In this document: in pieces, positions 28,999-43,213 of the stretch
How the letters are laid out: every line of letters starts with the position of its first letter
Position numbering within the stretch: position 1 is the first letter of the stretch
Assembly (NCBI GenBank): GCA_964016885.1
Contig: OZ024740.1
Coordinates: 215,822,001-215,886,000 of the forward strand
Source of the DNA: Eledone cirrhosa
Taxonomy: Eukaryota
Direction: 5' to 3'
Length of the DNA: 64,000 nucleotides
Position numbers and translations under genes: made by a program
Notes under the pieces: generated by a model
What the model was told of the DNA's origin: nothing
The model's input: the letters and a program-made list of their open reading frames with translations, nothing else
Databases searched by the model: none

Positions 28999-29230
28999 TA
29001 TATATGTGTGTGTGTCTGTGTATGTGTGTATGTGTGTGTGTGTGTGTCTATATCTGTGTATGTGTGTATGTATATATCTATATCTATGTGTGTCTGCGTG
29101 AGTGTACGTGTGTGTATGTTTGTATGTATATATATATATATATATATCTATGTGTGTCTGTGTGTGTGTTCGAATGTATGTGTGTCTTTATATATCTATA
29201 AATGTGCGTGTTTGTGTGTGTCTACTTATA

Positions 29231-29262
<32 letters not shown>

Positions 29263-29509
29263 ATTATGTGCGTGTTTGTCTGTGTTTGTGTCTGTGTGTG
29301 TCTACGTATGTATATATCTATATCTGTTTGTGTATATGTATATATGCGTGTGTATGTTTGTGTGTAATATATATCTATGTGAGTGTGTGTATATATATAT
29401 GTGTGTGTGTCTATAAATGTGTGTGTGTGTGTGTATATGTATGTGTATACATCTATATCTGTATATATATATATATATATAATGTCTTCGTCGGTAAATG
29501 TTTAACAAC

Positions 29510-29531
29510 ACCACCACCATTACCTAGTCCC

Positions 29532-29562
<31 letters not shown>

Positions 29563-29915
29563 AACACACCACCACCACCACCACCACCACCACCACCACC
29601 ACCACCACTACCACCACCCCTACCACCACCACCACCACCACCACCACCACCACCACCACCACCACCACCCCTACCACCACCATCACCACCACCACCACCA
29701 TCACCACCACCATCACCTGGTCCCCCCCCCCACTACCACCATCACCTAGTCCTCCACCACCACCGTCACCACTGTCATCACCATCACCACCACCACCACC
29801 ACCACTACCCCTCACTACCACCACCACCACCACCACCACCACCACCACCAACACCTACACCACCACCATCACCATCACTACTATGACCATCACCCCCTCC
29901 CACCACTACCACCAG
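29510..29915. repeat. (ACC)n-rich low-complexity tract
   Basis: Direct inspection. Confidence 0.9.
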
Positions 29916-30293
29916 TACCTGGTCCTTAGGTACCATTCGTAGACTCCACTCTGTTGTAAAACCATGAGAACCTGTTTCCTGTTTATGGCTACTTTCCTCC
30001 CCCTTTCCCCCGCAGTCTCTGAGGCCCCGGAGAGGTCACGGCTACTGACCTTCCTCCTTTCTTCTTTCTGTTATATAATATATATGTGTGTGTATATATG
30101 TGTATACATACACACACTCACGCACACACCCACACACACACACCCACACACACACACCCACACACACGCACATGTATGTGTGCGTGTGCATATATATATA
30201 TATATATATGCACACACACACGCACATATATGTGTGTGTGCATATATATATATATATATATGCACACACACACGCACATATATGTGTGTGTGC

Positions 30294-30370
<77 letters not shown>

Positions 30371-31171
30371 CACACATATATATATATATACATACATACA
30401 CACATACATACATATATACATATATTCATATATACAGGGTGTCCCCCAAAAATGTATACACACTTCAACAGCATTAAAATCAAAGTATGTATACATATAC
30501 TTATATGTGTGTGTGTGTGTGTATATGTATGTATCTATATATTTACATACAACTGTGTATATGTATGTGGATGACATAATCACAGTGCTTTCTCAAGTTA
30601 TCAACTGTTTTAGTTTGATTGGTTGAAATGTTTTTTGAAAGGCGTGGCTAAACAAACATTTTGACTAATCAGTGATTAGTTTGTCTATGTTTTTTTAAGA
30701 AAAACTGTTTCAGCTATAAAAAGATTCTCTTCTCACCATAACTCCGCCTACAAAATCTTATTTTCTTCCCAATATCGAAATATTATTCCAAATTATTTCA
30801 TCAAATATATTTATGTAAATAATTAAATGTTGATTTTTTAAATAATAAAATATCTCGTTTAAATAATTTAAATTGAATTAATTTCAATAATTAAAACATA
30901 AATAGATTGTGTAAAACTAAATTGAAATAAAGAGAATTTAAAACTTTTACTTCTAAAAATCGTTAATATTTAAAATATTTTTTATATAAATACAGGGTTA
31001 TATATTTGGAAGAAGGGGTGGGATGTATTAAATCAGTATTTTACAGTTGTTGGTACTGGCGACCCTGGGAAAGGTGAAAGTTGGTTCATGTGGGATTTTG
31101 TCTCACAGGATGTACAAATATTTTCCTTTGCACCACTGATCATGTGAAACTATCCCAGTAATGACAATAAT

Positions 31172-31780
31172 AATAATGGTTTCTGATTTAGGCACAAGGC
31201 CAGCAATTTTAGGGGAGGGGAAAGTGATTAAATAGACTCCATTACTGGTACTTTATTTTATCGACCCCCGTAAGGATGAAAGGCAAAGCTAAACTCGGCG
31301 GGATTTGAACTCAGAACGTAAAGGGTCACAACTATATTCTGCAACGCATGTTGTCCGACGCTCTACTGATTCTGCCAATCCACCGCCCTTAATAATAATA
31401 ATTGTTTCTACTTTTGGCACAAGGCCAGCAATTATCCCAGTGTATTACTGGTACTTTATTTTATCGACCCCGTAAGGATGAAAGGCAAAGTTAACCTCGG
31501 CGGGATTTGAACTCAGAATGGAAAGGGCCGTAACTCTATGCGTCAAAGCATGACGTCCGACCCTCTACCGATACTGCAGGCACAAGGCCAGTAATTTGAG
31601 GGGAAGGAATGTCGATTAAATCGACCCCAGTACGTTACTGGTACTCTATTTTATCGACACTTTAAGGTTGAACGGCAAAGTTAACCTTGGCAGGATTTGG
31701 ACTCAGAACGTAAAGGTCCGTAACTCTATGTCGCTAAGCATGTTGTCCGACACACTACCGATTCTGCCAATCCACCGCCC

Positions 31781-31783
<3 letters not shown>
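31172..31783 (-). mobile_element. Three tandem SINE family 1 copies
   Basis: 31172-31392, 31398-31577 and 31579-31783. Confidence 0.85.
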
Positions 31784-31824
<41 letters not shown>

Positions 31825-32130
31825 TTCTTTATTGGCCACTCGGGCCCACATGTGGGGACAATACAAAAAGACGGGGTCATTGGGAAGTGGGGACAGTGAG
31901 GGTTTACACTATAATCGAGTAAAAACAAATTAACAATAAAATTACAACAATAAAATTCCCCAATAGGTGGGGGGAACCACCCAGGGGCGACTCAGGTACC
32001 CCCACTAATCCTGAACCACCCGGAGCTTCGAAAACACTCGGGCATGGCACCCCCTCTCCTCCTCGAATCAACCAGCCTACAGGAGCCTGCTCTGAGTAGG
32101 CCCATTGACACGGACCCTTCTCGCCACATT
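31783..32130 (-). mobile_element. LINE 3' UTR with (TTA)n tail, related to 56500-56690
   Basis: Minus strand ends GTATTGTCCCC...GGGCCC..GTGGCCAATAAAGAAA(TTA)n. Confidence 0.6.
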
Positions 32131-32224
32131 CACCCACATTTTAGCAATAATATGTGACCAATAATGTTATTGGTCACAAGGGCCCAAGACATTAGGGACA
32201 TTAAATACATTTACATAGGGAAAG

Positions 32225-32485
32225 CAATAAAGGATACATCTATTTAGGGGGCACAGGGTGGGGCTTATACTCAGTAAAGGAGACATCTATTTAGGGGACA
32301 GCGTGGGGTTTATACTGAGTAAAGGAGACATCTATTTAGGGGACACAGGGTGGGGTTTATACTGAGTAAAGGAGATAATATTTAGGGGACAGAGTGCGGG
32401 GTTTATACTGAGTAAAAGAGATATCTATTTAGGGGACACATGGTGGAGTTATACTGAGTAAAGGATACATCTATTTAGGGATCAC
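32225..32485 (+). repeat. ~47-bp minisatellite, ~5-6 copies
   Basis: Unit GGAGACATCTATTTAGGGGACACAGGGTGGGGTTTATACTGAGTAAA. Confidence 0.9.
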
Positions 32486-32527
32486 AGTGTCACAATAGCA
32501 ATAATTGTAATAAATAGATATTATAAC

Positions 32528-32770
32528 CAGGGCCTGATTTGCACTTTGGGAGCCCGGAGCACTTCAGGCTTTTTGGGGGGAGGGGGGGGGGATCATATAC
32601 AGAAAACTCCTAATTTGGCGCAAGTAATTGGAATTGAAAAGTTATACATACAGGTATTAAATTGAAAATTTCTAACCATCCTAAAACTAAAAAGCCCAGC
32701 TGAGGGCATAAATAAATTTCTCCGGCCGTCGCTGGTGGGGTCCCCTTTTCCCCCCATTAAATCCGGCTCT
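32528..32770 (+). mobile_element. hAT-like MITE
   Basis: CAGGGCCTGATTT ... AAATCCGGCTCT termini. Confidence 0.6.
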
Positions 32771-32999
32771 TACTACGAGGCACAACTCCGGGTATCATTA
32801 GAATTTGTAAGTTCATACTGATCCCTCCCAAACACATGTCCTCACAACTTGCCCATATTATGGTACAAAGGAGTCAACTAGAAATACAATGGGTGCAATG
32901 ATACCAGTATTGTGAAAATACCTGGGCTGGCTATAAATTAATAAACCGTATAATAGACTCATCTCTACATATCATAGTCTGGTAAAATAAGATATGTTG

Positions 33000-33364
33000 C
33001 TGATTGTATTTTGAAAGTTTTATAATCGGATTTAATGCAGGTAAGAAAAAAGACCCCCCCCCTCTCCTTCGGTTACGAATAACTGTGGGATTTACACCTA
33101 GAAAGTTCCCCTCCGAAGCACAAATTAGAGCCAGGTTGTTTGTGGAAGACCAGCAGTCATTCATGTATACCAGTCTCCCTTCTCCCCGATAAGAAAGGTA
33201 ATGGTCGATACAGCTTGGCACCATGACGTCGCAAATCATTTCTACAGCTGAGTGGACTGGAGCAACATAAAATAAAACGTCTTGTTCAAGAACATTGTAC
33301 ATCGCCCGGTACGGTAATCGAACTTACAACCTCAAGATTCTAACCACTAAGCTACGCACCTTCA
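33000..33364 (-). mobile_element. SINE family 2
   Basis: Reverse match to the 23501-23640 head and core. The 3' boundary is approximate. Confidence 0.65.
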
Positions 33365-34199
33365 CATATATGGGGTATAATGGAATATAATAGACATAAA
33401 GAGACTTGCAAATATGAGTAGAGATAATTCTAGTGTCCCGGTGGAATTATAAAAAAACTTTAAATAAAATTCATTCGATTATTTAATAAAAGGAAAGAAA
33501 GTATTATTTCAAAAGACTATAAATGAGAGGAAAAGAAGAGAAACGGTGAGGATTGTTAAATAACGAGAGAAAGGAGGGAGGGGAGAGGGTGACAGATTCT
33601 ACACCTAAGTCAGAGTAATGTTTCGGCTGCACCCTGTAGACAAATGTCGCTGGCCATTGTCGCCGACAATAGCCAGGGACACCCGCTGCAACAACCACCC
33701 CACCTCGGGGGCTCCTTCTTCAGACAGGCTGCAGTCATTACGATATTACGGAGTAGGTTAGCTGTACGGAGTTCGAGGACGCCAGAGGTCTAATTAGATG
33801 TGTATGTCATATGTTTCAGGCTTCTGGTAATTGTCTATCAAGAAGTTTGGAATTATTTACATAAAAAACACACATATTAAAACAAATAGCTTATAGAAAC
33901 CCACACCAGACATTAAATGGTGAGGGACCTTATTAAAAATTACTTCCAAGTGCAAAACTATGTATCAATTATTGAATTGGCTGTGGGACGAACCCAATGC
34001 TTGAAGTAAAAACCAATTTTCAAATTATGAGAAATATTGAAATAATGTTGAACTACTAAAATCCTTTATAAAATATATTTGGATAAACTTTTCATATTTC
34101 TACCTCCCAATCTTGATGAAATATAGTAAGTAAATTAAGTTAAAGACTCTTGATAAAGCCAAATTATGATTTAGTATTACTGTTAAAATCCTTACTTTT

Positions 34200-34521
34200 T
34201 CGATAAAATAAAGTACCATTAATGCACTGGGTAATTGCTGGCCTTGTGCCTAAAATAGAAACAATTATTACTGTTAAAATCATATTGAGATAAACTAAAA
34301 CGTCAGAAATTGATATAATTATTTGTAATATCGGGTCCTGATTTAGGCACAAGGCCAACAATTTTGGGGGAGGGGAAAGTCCATTTAATTTATCGATCCC
34401 GTAAAAATGAATAGCAAAGCTAACCTCGGCGGGATTTGGACTCAGAACGCAAAGGGGACGTAACTCTATGCTGTAAAGTATGTTGTCCGACGCTCTACCG
34501 ATACTGCTAATCCACCACCCT
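34200..34521. mobile_element. SINE family 1 fragments (34200-34270 +, 34335-34521 -)
   Basis: Family motifs. Confidence 0.75.
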
Positions 34522-34790
34522 AATATATATTTGTATTATTGACAAATATTTAAATCCTAAACCATATTTAGGTTAAATACAATTGAACAAGTCAATAAGA
34601 TATAATTAGAGACAATGAAGAAATGTGTATCAGAACCTCTGCCAAATATTTCTTTAATATTTATACTTTTATTTTTAGCTGCAAGAAAGATTTCCAGAAA
34701 CTTTTGGATTCTAAATGTATCACCTTTCACCTGTCTTTGTATCCTCTTATTTAGGTTAATATGTGTGTATACACACAGACACACACAGAT

Positions 34791-34935
<145 letters not shown>

Positions 34936-35081
34936 CATATCATACATATACATATACATATATATAGTTTCAGAAGATCCCGTTAAGGGTGAAAGCAGCG
35001 ATTCTTTGCTTAAACTTTAATCTGTTATTTTAATAAATACATATATATACATATATATATATATACATATATATATATGAG

Positions 35082-35169
<88 letters not shown>

Positions 35170-35206
35170 TAAATATACACGGGTGTGTATGATTGTGTAT
35201 AGAAGA

Positions 35207-35398
35207 TTATATTAATAAAAGGAATTCCAACTTTGTCTGATTTACTCGTTTTATTTACAATCCTTTAAAATTTATAATGGTATTAGAATGAAATAGTATG
35301 GTAGAATATTAAATGTTAAGTGTTAATTGAGCAAGTACTTTCATGCTTTCGCAATCTTCAGGTTCATATTGTGTGGTGACAGTGAAGTTTGCAATTTT
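35207..35398 (-). mobile_element. Copy of the 6122-6345 element with hammerhead at 35328-35366
   Basis: TGAACCTGAAGATTGCGAAAGCATGAAAGTACTTGCTCA on the minus strand. Confidence 0.8.
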
Positions 35399-35417
35399 AT
35401 ATATATATATATATATC

Positions 35418-35620
35418 ATGATAAATTAACGGAGGCATAGGCCGTCGTTATTCCCTGTAAATAATGTGCACAAAGGAGAAGAGATCCTGAGCTCTTTAAA
35501 ATACAATATGTTGAAAAGGTAACACACCAGAGAGAGATATATAGTGGTTTTTATCCCTGTATTATTGATAACGCACTATATATCTCTCTCTGGTGTGTTA
35601 CCTTTTCAACAAATTGTGTA
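35418..35620 (-). mobile_element. Palindrome+tail element
   Basis: Arms 35502-35546 / 35574-35619, tail on the left, (TA)n on both sides. Confidence 0.65.
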
Positions 35621-35623
35621 TAT

Positions 35624-35658
<35 letters not shown>

Positions 35659-35886
35659 TTACAATATGACAAAAGACCAAGGTTATATATATATATATAT
35701 ATATGAATGTATATGTAGTGTATTTTGCAATACACTGTATGCTTAATTAAAAGCATTTTGAAGACCTTACGCTATTGTTTTAAAGTTGTGACAATGTCAC
35801 TTACTTAAATTTTCAGCAAACAGGGGAGATATATATCGCTATTTCAGAGCACCAATTCTAATTTTATATATATATATATATGTAAG

Positions 35887-36025
35887 AAGGCGTGTGGTTG
35901 AGTGGTTAGAGAATTGGATTCGCAATCGTGAGGTTGTGAGTTCGATTCCTGGACCAGGCGATATGTTATGTCCTTGAGCAAGACACTTTATTTCACGTTG
36001 CTCCTTCTACCTGGAGTTGCAACTG
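35887..36025 (+). mobile_element. SINE family 2, 5' part
   Basis: TGGTTGAGTGG / GAGTTCGATTCC boxes and GTCCTTGAGCAAGACACTTTA. Confidence 0.75.
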
Positions 36026-36182
36026 CAAAGATATATATATATATATATATATATATAGTATAATGGTTCACCAGTTTGACCTTTGACTACTCAATGTTAA
36101 TATTTGGGTCCGATTACCGATGTGGGATTTAATGTTTGGTATTTCACCACTGTCGGTATCCTAAAGAGGCTGTGTTAATAAT

Positions 36183-36588
36183 AACGGTTTCTACTTTTGG
36201 CACAAGGCCAGCAAATATCCAGTGCATTACTGGTACTTTATTTTATCGACCCCGTAAGGATGAAAGGTAAAGTTAACAATAATAATGAGCAGGAACGAAG
36301 TATCAACTTAACATTATTATTATCAGGCAGTATCGGTAGAGGGTCGGACGCCATGCTTTCCAGCATAGTTACGTCCCTTTACAGTCTGAGTTCAAATCCC
36401 GCCGAGGTTGACTTTGCCTTTCATCCTTACGGGGTCGATAAAATAAAGTACCAGTAATGCACTGGGTAATTGCTGGCCTTGTGCCTAAAGTAGAAACAAT
36501 TATTATCATTATTATATATATGGGGTCGATAAAATAAAGTACCAGTAATGTACTGGGTATATGCTGGCCTTGTGCCTAAAGTAGAAAC

Positions 36589-36592
<4 letters not shown>
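36183..36592. mobile_element. SINE family 1 copies and fragments
   Basis: 36183-36277 (-), 36325-36505 (+), 36521-36592 (+). Confidence 0.8.
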
Positions 36593-36630
<38 letters not shown>

Positions 36631-37030
36631 TTCATTCTATGTCAGTTTTGTACAGGTTCTTTATTTTTGTAATATTCAGTGTTTTTTTTTTATTTGTATT
36701 ATTGTATTGTATAACATTGTTTTGTCATTTTATAAACTGTTTGCAAAATGTGTTAATTAAATTAATTAACAAATTAACAACGTGATTTCCATTAATTTAA
36801 ATGGGAAAATTAGTCTTGAATTACGCGAATTTGTTTTACGCGCCGCGTTCACGAACACATCTTCGCGTAAAATGCGAATAGATTGCGTGTGCGTGTGCGT
36901 GTGCACGCGCGCGCGCGCCTGTGTGTGTGTGTGTGTGTGTCTGTGTGTTTGTGTAAAATGTGTGTGTAAGTCAAAGAAACATGAACAAGAGGATGCAATA
37001 ACAAAGTCTATTATTTATACGCTATATATA

Positions 37031-37069
<39 letters not shown>

Positions 37070-37359
37070 GCGCGCGCGTGCATGTGTTATGTGCGCCCCC
37101 CCCCATATATATTTTTTATTCTGGGTGCAGTTCCTTTAAATAGCCTTACTTTGATACTTCCTTTTCACTCCGATGTATAAAACTAAATAAAAATAAAGAA
37201 ATAAAATGGAATTGAGGGTTTCTGAATATTATTTTCAGTATAAAGTTTAATAAGAGACAGTAAATGGTGCTGACATATGAACTTTATATAAAACTAAAAC
37301 TGAAGAAGATATAGGAACATTGTCAGCTTATGAGGGTCGGTTGGTGAAGAAGTGATGGT

Positions 37360-37775
37360 AGAGCTGCGAAATCTTGCATACATTTATTTCAACTCTTCTT
37401 ATTAATAACTGCATTGATTCTTTCCAGGGACTATGTTGAAAAATAAACCTCATTTGGTTATTCCATCAGAGTATTTTGGTCAGCCTATGAAGGTGTTATG
37501 CTAGCGCTGTGAAATCTTGCATTAATTTCAACTCTTTTTATTAATAACTGCATTGATTCTTTCCAGAGACTATGTTGAAAAATAAACCTCATTTGATCAT
37601 TCCATGAGTGTATCTTGGTCAGCCTATGAAGGAATGAGGCTAGAGCTGTGAAATCTCGCTTGCATTAATTTCAACTCTTCTTATTAATAACTGCATTGTT
37701 TCTTTCCAGGGACTATGTTGAAAAATAAGCCTCATTTGGTCATTCCATGAGAGTATCTTGGTCAGCCTATGAACT
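37360..37775 (+). repeat. ~140-bp tandem repeat, 3 copies
   Basis: TTTCAACTCTT..TATTAATAACTGCATTG..TCTTTCCAG.GACTATGTTGAAAAATAA occurs three times. Confidence 0.9.
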
Positions 37776-37877
37776 TTCCCGCCAACCCTCGTATATATAT
37801 GACAAGAACAGAAAAAATTCTAGAAACCCGCACAACTATTTGTGAGATAGACTAACCCCCTTCAATCATTAAGATAA

Positions 37878-38052
37878 GCTACGGCCTTTTACGATCTGAG
37901 TTCAAATCCCGCTGTGGTTAACTTTGCCTTTCATCCTTACGGGGTCGATAAAATAAAGTACCTGTCACGCCTTTCATCCTTACTGGGTTCGATTTAATCG
38001 AATTTCCCTTCCCTTCAAATTGCTGGCCTTTTGCCTAAACCAGAAACCATTA
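37878..38052 (+). mobile_element. SINE family 1, 5'-truncated
   Basis: B-box and core domain. Confidence 0.8.
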
Positions 38053-38189
38053 TAGCTTTGAACCATTATTGCCCCCGTCTCCCTCTCTCTCCCCATCTCT
38101 CACTATTACATACAAATGGGAGCCCACGCGCCGGCCGTTCCGCGGTCCTGGTGGACAGTATAGGGAAAGCGTTCCCCAAGAGGATAGTG

Positions 38190-38447
38190 AGGGACATAGT
38201 TGAATTTAGACCTTGTGGGGCCCGGGGAATTTGAGATTTGGGGGAGGGCCCTTCATACACAAAAAATTAAAGTTAGCTTGGCGCAAGTAATTGAAAATGA
38301 AAAGTTATACATACAGGTATTACATTTTAAAATTTTAACTATCCTAGCGGATGGCACAAATAAATTACTAAGGCCGTCGCTGGTGGGGCCCCCTACTGCA
38401 AGGTTCTCAGGACAATTTCCCCCTTCCCCCATTAAATTTGGCCCTGG
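38190..38447 (+). mobile_element. hAT-like MITE
   Basis: Ends in AAATTTGGCCCTG and shares the internal block. Confidence 0.55.
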
Positions 38448-38780
38448 TGAGGGAGGCGCGTTGGAAGAGCCATTCCAGCTCGAGAAGCTTGTATTTCTTT
38501 TCTTTTTTAGGGAAGCTAATTCGTTAATTGTAGCTAGAAACCACAACCCGCCTAGTTCTAAATCACTGCATATCTAGATACAAAACTGAATGAATTCAAC
38601 ATCGTCTGCATACGGCCTGCTAGATATAACAGCCAAAATTTTTCTCAAATCAAACCCTATCAGCAACAACATTTAGAAATTAAATGAGAGTCACAACTGG
38701 AAAGAAAACCTTGTTCATCACACTATAAACGTTAACTATGGTTTCACATACTTAACTAGTTGCTTACACACGTACATATA

Positions 38781-38868
<88 letters not shown>

Positions 38869-38927
38869 TTCATTTTTATTTTTATTTCTGTTTTCCCCGT
38901 CCTTTCATGTCCCCCACCCCCTCACTA

Positions 38928-38958
38928 CTGATGAAGGGCTCATGTCCGAAACGTTGTA
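38928..38958 (+). ncRNA. Hammerhead core motif (stem I not evident)
   Basis: CTGATGA-aGGGC(TCAT)GTCC-GAAACGTTGTA. Confidence 0.5.
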
Positions 38959-39104
38959 CCCCCACCCACTATCACCAAGCTAATAATGCCTTGCAACATT
39001 TACTCCTGCGTTTGTTTGTTTTTTTGTTTTCTGTTTTCTGTTTTTTTTTTTTTGTTATTTCGAACTATATATATACATATATAGTTTTACTGACCTTCCA
39101 ATCG

Positions 39105-39163
<59 letters not shown>

Positions 39164-39204
39164 GTATATATGTATATATGTATATATATATGTATATATA
39201 TATG

Positions 39205-39235
<31 letters not shown>

Positions 39236-39236
<1 letters not shown>

Positions 39237-39587
39237 ATATATTAACAAATGGAAACTATTTTTATAAAACCATATTTATTTCATTACACATATTTCAAGG
39301 GCCACCAAGGCAAACTATGGTGCGCTTTCATCAGATAAAATATAATATAGGTTAGTTTTATAAATAAATATTGACATACCCTTAAAAAATGCAACCATTC
39401 TGATGAAAGCGTACCATAGTTTGCCTTGGTGGCCCTTGAAATATGTATAATGAAATAAATATGGTTTTATAAATATAGTTTCCATTTGTTAATATATTGT
39501 ATATATACTCCAATAATTTGTTGAGTGCTTTATATCAGTTATAAATATATTTTGCTTGTTGTATCCCACCAAATTAAATATAACCTC

Positions 39588-39590
<3 letters not shown>
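39236..39590 (+). mobile_element. Palindrome+tail element, family C, with hammerhead cores in both arms
   Basis: Arms ~39236-39336 / ~39398-39500. Minus-strand TATTTTAT-CTGATGA...GAA-ATATGTGT-A-ATGAAATA. Plus-strand CTGATGA...GAAATATGTATA at 39400-39450. Confidence 0.85.
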
Positions 39591-39645
<55 letters not shown>

Positions 39646-39685
39646 CGTGTGTGTATATATATATATGTGTATATATATATATATA

Positions 39686-39779
<94 letters not shown>

Positions 39780-39780
39780 A

Positions 39781-40024
39781 TTGGTGTGGGATGCTTAGAG
39801 CGTCCGTATGCGGTAGGCCGTTTGAGTACTCAATGCTCTTACAGAGCAGAGTATAATATCACAGAAGAAACGGAGAATCAGTGGTGCGACAAATTCAAAT
39901 TTATTAGACACACTACAATCGTTTCTCTGGTCAGGTTCGATCATCGCATCGACCGTGCCTCGAGCTGGTCGCCAGAGAAATGATTTTAACTCGTCGCACC
40001 ACTGACCGAGTCTCCATTTCTTAT

Positions 40025-40028
<4 letters not shown>
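39781..40028 (-). mobile_element. Palindrome+tail element, divergent family B relative
   Basis: ATGCTCTTACAGAG.AGAGTAT is shared with 9527-9550. Imperfect arms. Confidence 0.6.
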
Positions 40029-40100
<72 letters not shown>

Positions 40101-40111
40101 TGTGTGTGTGT

Positions 40112-40353
40112 GTAATATCATTATACATAGTTAATAAATGAAACAAACAAAACACAGGAGGTATTTTACACAGTTATATTAGGTTTACCCTTAGTGGAAG
40201 TGGAGTAGATTTCAAATCGAAGTGATGTGTGATGCCGACAGACTTCCATCAAAAGTAGACCTAATATAACTGTAAAATTACCTCCTGTGTTTTGTTTCTT
40301 TCATTTATTAACTATATATAATGATATTATATAGGAAAATCTTTCTCTTTCTC
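40112..40353 (+). mobile_element. Palindrome+tail element
   Basis: Arms ~40113-40188 / ~40255-40329. Confidence 0.65.
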
Positions 40354-40376
40354 ACACACACATATATATATGTTTA

Positions 40377-40835
40377 TAATTGTTTCTACTTTTGGCACAA
40401 TGCCAGCAATTATCCAGTGCATTACTGGTACTTTATTTTATCGACTACGTAAGGCAAAGTTAATCTCGGTGAAATTTGAACTCAGACCGTAAAGGACCAT
40501 ATCTCTATGCTGCAAAGCAGGGTGTCTGACCCTCTACCGATACTACCAATCCACAATATCATACACACACACTTACACAAAAGTATATCTCTATAAAGGG
40601 ACAGGGATTAGCAACAGCAGTGACATTCTCTTATATATATAAAATAATTGTTTCTACTTTTGGCACAAGGCCAGCAATTACCCAGTGCATGACTGGTACT
40701 TTATTTTATCGACCCCGTAAGGATGACAGGCAAAGCTAACCTCGGTGGGATTTGAACTCAGTTCGTAAAAGGCCGTAACTCTATGCTGTGATGCATATTG
40801 TCCGACACTCTACCGATTCTGTGAATCCACTGCCC
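40377..40835 (-). mobile_element. Two SINE family 1 copies (40377-40555, 40644-40835)
   Basis: Family motifs. Confidence 0.8.
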
Positions 40836-41536
40836 TGGGGGTACAAAATATTGACAATGATCTACTATCTATTAATAAGGCCTACGGAAAAATGCGACAG
40901 AAGCATTTAAATACTCTTTATATTCCTTTGTTTTCACCTTCCTTTTTCTTGCTTGTGGTTTCTTTTTGCCTTCCTCTCTGTGTCTGTCTTTCTCCTTTCT
41001 CTCTCTCCCACTCCTCTCTCTCTCTCTCGCGCTCCTCCTCTCTCCCACTCCTCCGCTCTCCCACTCCTCCTCTCTCCCACTCCCCTCTCTCTCTCTCGCG
41101 CTCCTCCTCTCTCCCACTCCTCCTCTCTCTCTCTCGCGCTCCTCCTCTCTCCCACTCTCACTCTCTCCCACTCTCTCGCACTCCCCCTCTTTCCCTTTCC
41201 CACGCCCTCTCCCTCCCTCTTCACCCTCTCTCCCACTCCCCCTCTACCCCACCCCTTTCGCCCCTCTCACCCCCACTCCCACATTCACTCCCCCATTCAC
41301 TCCCACCCCCCCTCTCTCTATATATAAACACTGTGTAAGTGTTTGCCTATCTGTCGTGTCTAAAATGTCGCTGTATGATATGAAAGAAATGACAAAATCA
41401 AATATTCCGCTGAGTGTTCGTATCATAGACACGTGAAACATGTAGTTTTTCCTTTGTATACATTATATACATTGATATATAAACTCTGAAACACACAGAC
41501 ACCCTCACATATTATCTATGTTGCCGACATTGTGTA

Positions 41537-41724
41537 AGGGCTGTGAATTGGCAGTATCGGTAGAGGGTCGGACGCCATGCTTTCCAGCATAGTTACGTCC
41601 CTTTACGGTCTGAGTTCAAATCCCGTCGAGGTTAACTTTGCCTTTCATCCTTACCGGGTCGATAAAATAAAGTACCAGTAATGAACTGGGTAATTGCTGG
41701 CCTTGTGCCAAAAGTAGAAACAAT
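41537..41724 (+). mobile_element. SINE family 1
   Basis: Complete head, core and tail. Confidence 0.85.
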
Positions 41725-42602
41725 TGTGTAAGTTTGGTGTCTTATATAGAATACCTAGGCAAGGTATTAAATCAGTGTATATCTTTCGGATCTTATATAA
41801 TTTATCAAGGCAATCTCAGATAAAGGAAGTATATTTAGAAAGGAGTGTAGGTTCGAGTCCCATGTGTGCTGGTAGCCATCTTTTTCCATTCAGTGGGTTT
41901 ATACGCCCCGTTATTAGACTGGTTTATTTAGTCAAATGTTACGGCGAAGCCATCTATTTCAATCTCAGTAAACAGAGGAAATATGTACAGAGGATTGTGT
42001 TTTATACATCGCCTTGAAGAATTGGGCATTTTTTTAGAATGCCAAGGTAGTCTAAGCAATGTCAGGTATTCCAGTCTACTGGTAACATATATACTAGCAG
42101 AAAACCGACCGGAGGAGAGGCAGAGTTTCTACTAGTATATATGTTTACTGAGAGACATAGCTGCATAGATGAAAACTATATATTCAGACATGCATATTTT
42201 GCCTTTCATCCTCAAGGGGTCGATAAAATAAAGTACCGGTTAAACACTCAGGAAAATTGCTGGCCTTCTGCCTAAATAAGAAACCATTATCATTAGTTAC
42301 GCTGTTGTTATTAAAATAATTATCGTATGCATACATGCTAGACATGGCCTGGGCCAACACTGGCCAAAACCGATCAAAGTTATATATATATATATATGTC
42401 GAAACTGGCAAAGTCCACCTCACGGCCGATGACCCTGAAGTTCTGTGTCCTTCGTTTGTATGTTTAATAAAAAAAATAATTTCTAAGGTTTCCCCTTAAA
42501 TTGTTTTCTGTTTGTTGTCTTGTTCTCTCTTTGTTATTTTTCTTAAGATTATATATATATATATATATATATACATACATACACACATACATACACACAC
42601 AC

Positions 42603-42674
<72 letters not shown>

Positions 42675-42689
42675 CATACATACTTACAT

Positions 42690-42719
<30 letters not shown>

Positions 42720-42720
<1 letters not shown>

Positions 42721-43213
42721 CTAGACCTGAAAAATGCGCAAGCTCAAAAGAGCCACAGAATGTTATAATAAACCTTCAAAAGTGTGGGACTAGAGTTGTT
42801 GCTCAAAAATATTGTAATCATTATCTATCGTACACTCTGTGACATCCTTTTATAAAAAAGAGACTCATAACGAACTCAAGACAACACAATAATTATTTAA
42901 GCTAATGTTCAATATCTCATATTAGATGTTTAGTAATGATTAATACGAAATGCACTTAAACCGAATTCTATATTATAAATTCACTTAAATAACTATCGTG
43001 TCCTCTTGAGTTCGTTATGAGTCTCTTTTTATAAAAGGATGCCACAGAGTGTACGATAGATAATGATTACAATATTTTTGAGCAACAACTCTAGTCCCAC
43101 ACTTTTGAAGGTTCATTATAACATTCTGTGGCTCTTTTGAGCTTGAGCATTTTTCAGGTCTAGTTTAATATTTTTTTAAGGCAACGCCTGTAATAACTCT
43201 AGTTAAACATGAT
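42720..43213 (+). mobile_element. Palindrome+tail element with ~180-bp arms
   Basis: 42720-42900 inverts to 42985-43164, with an ~50-bp tail. Confidence 0.75.
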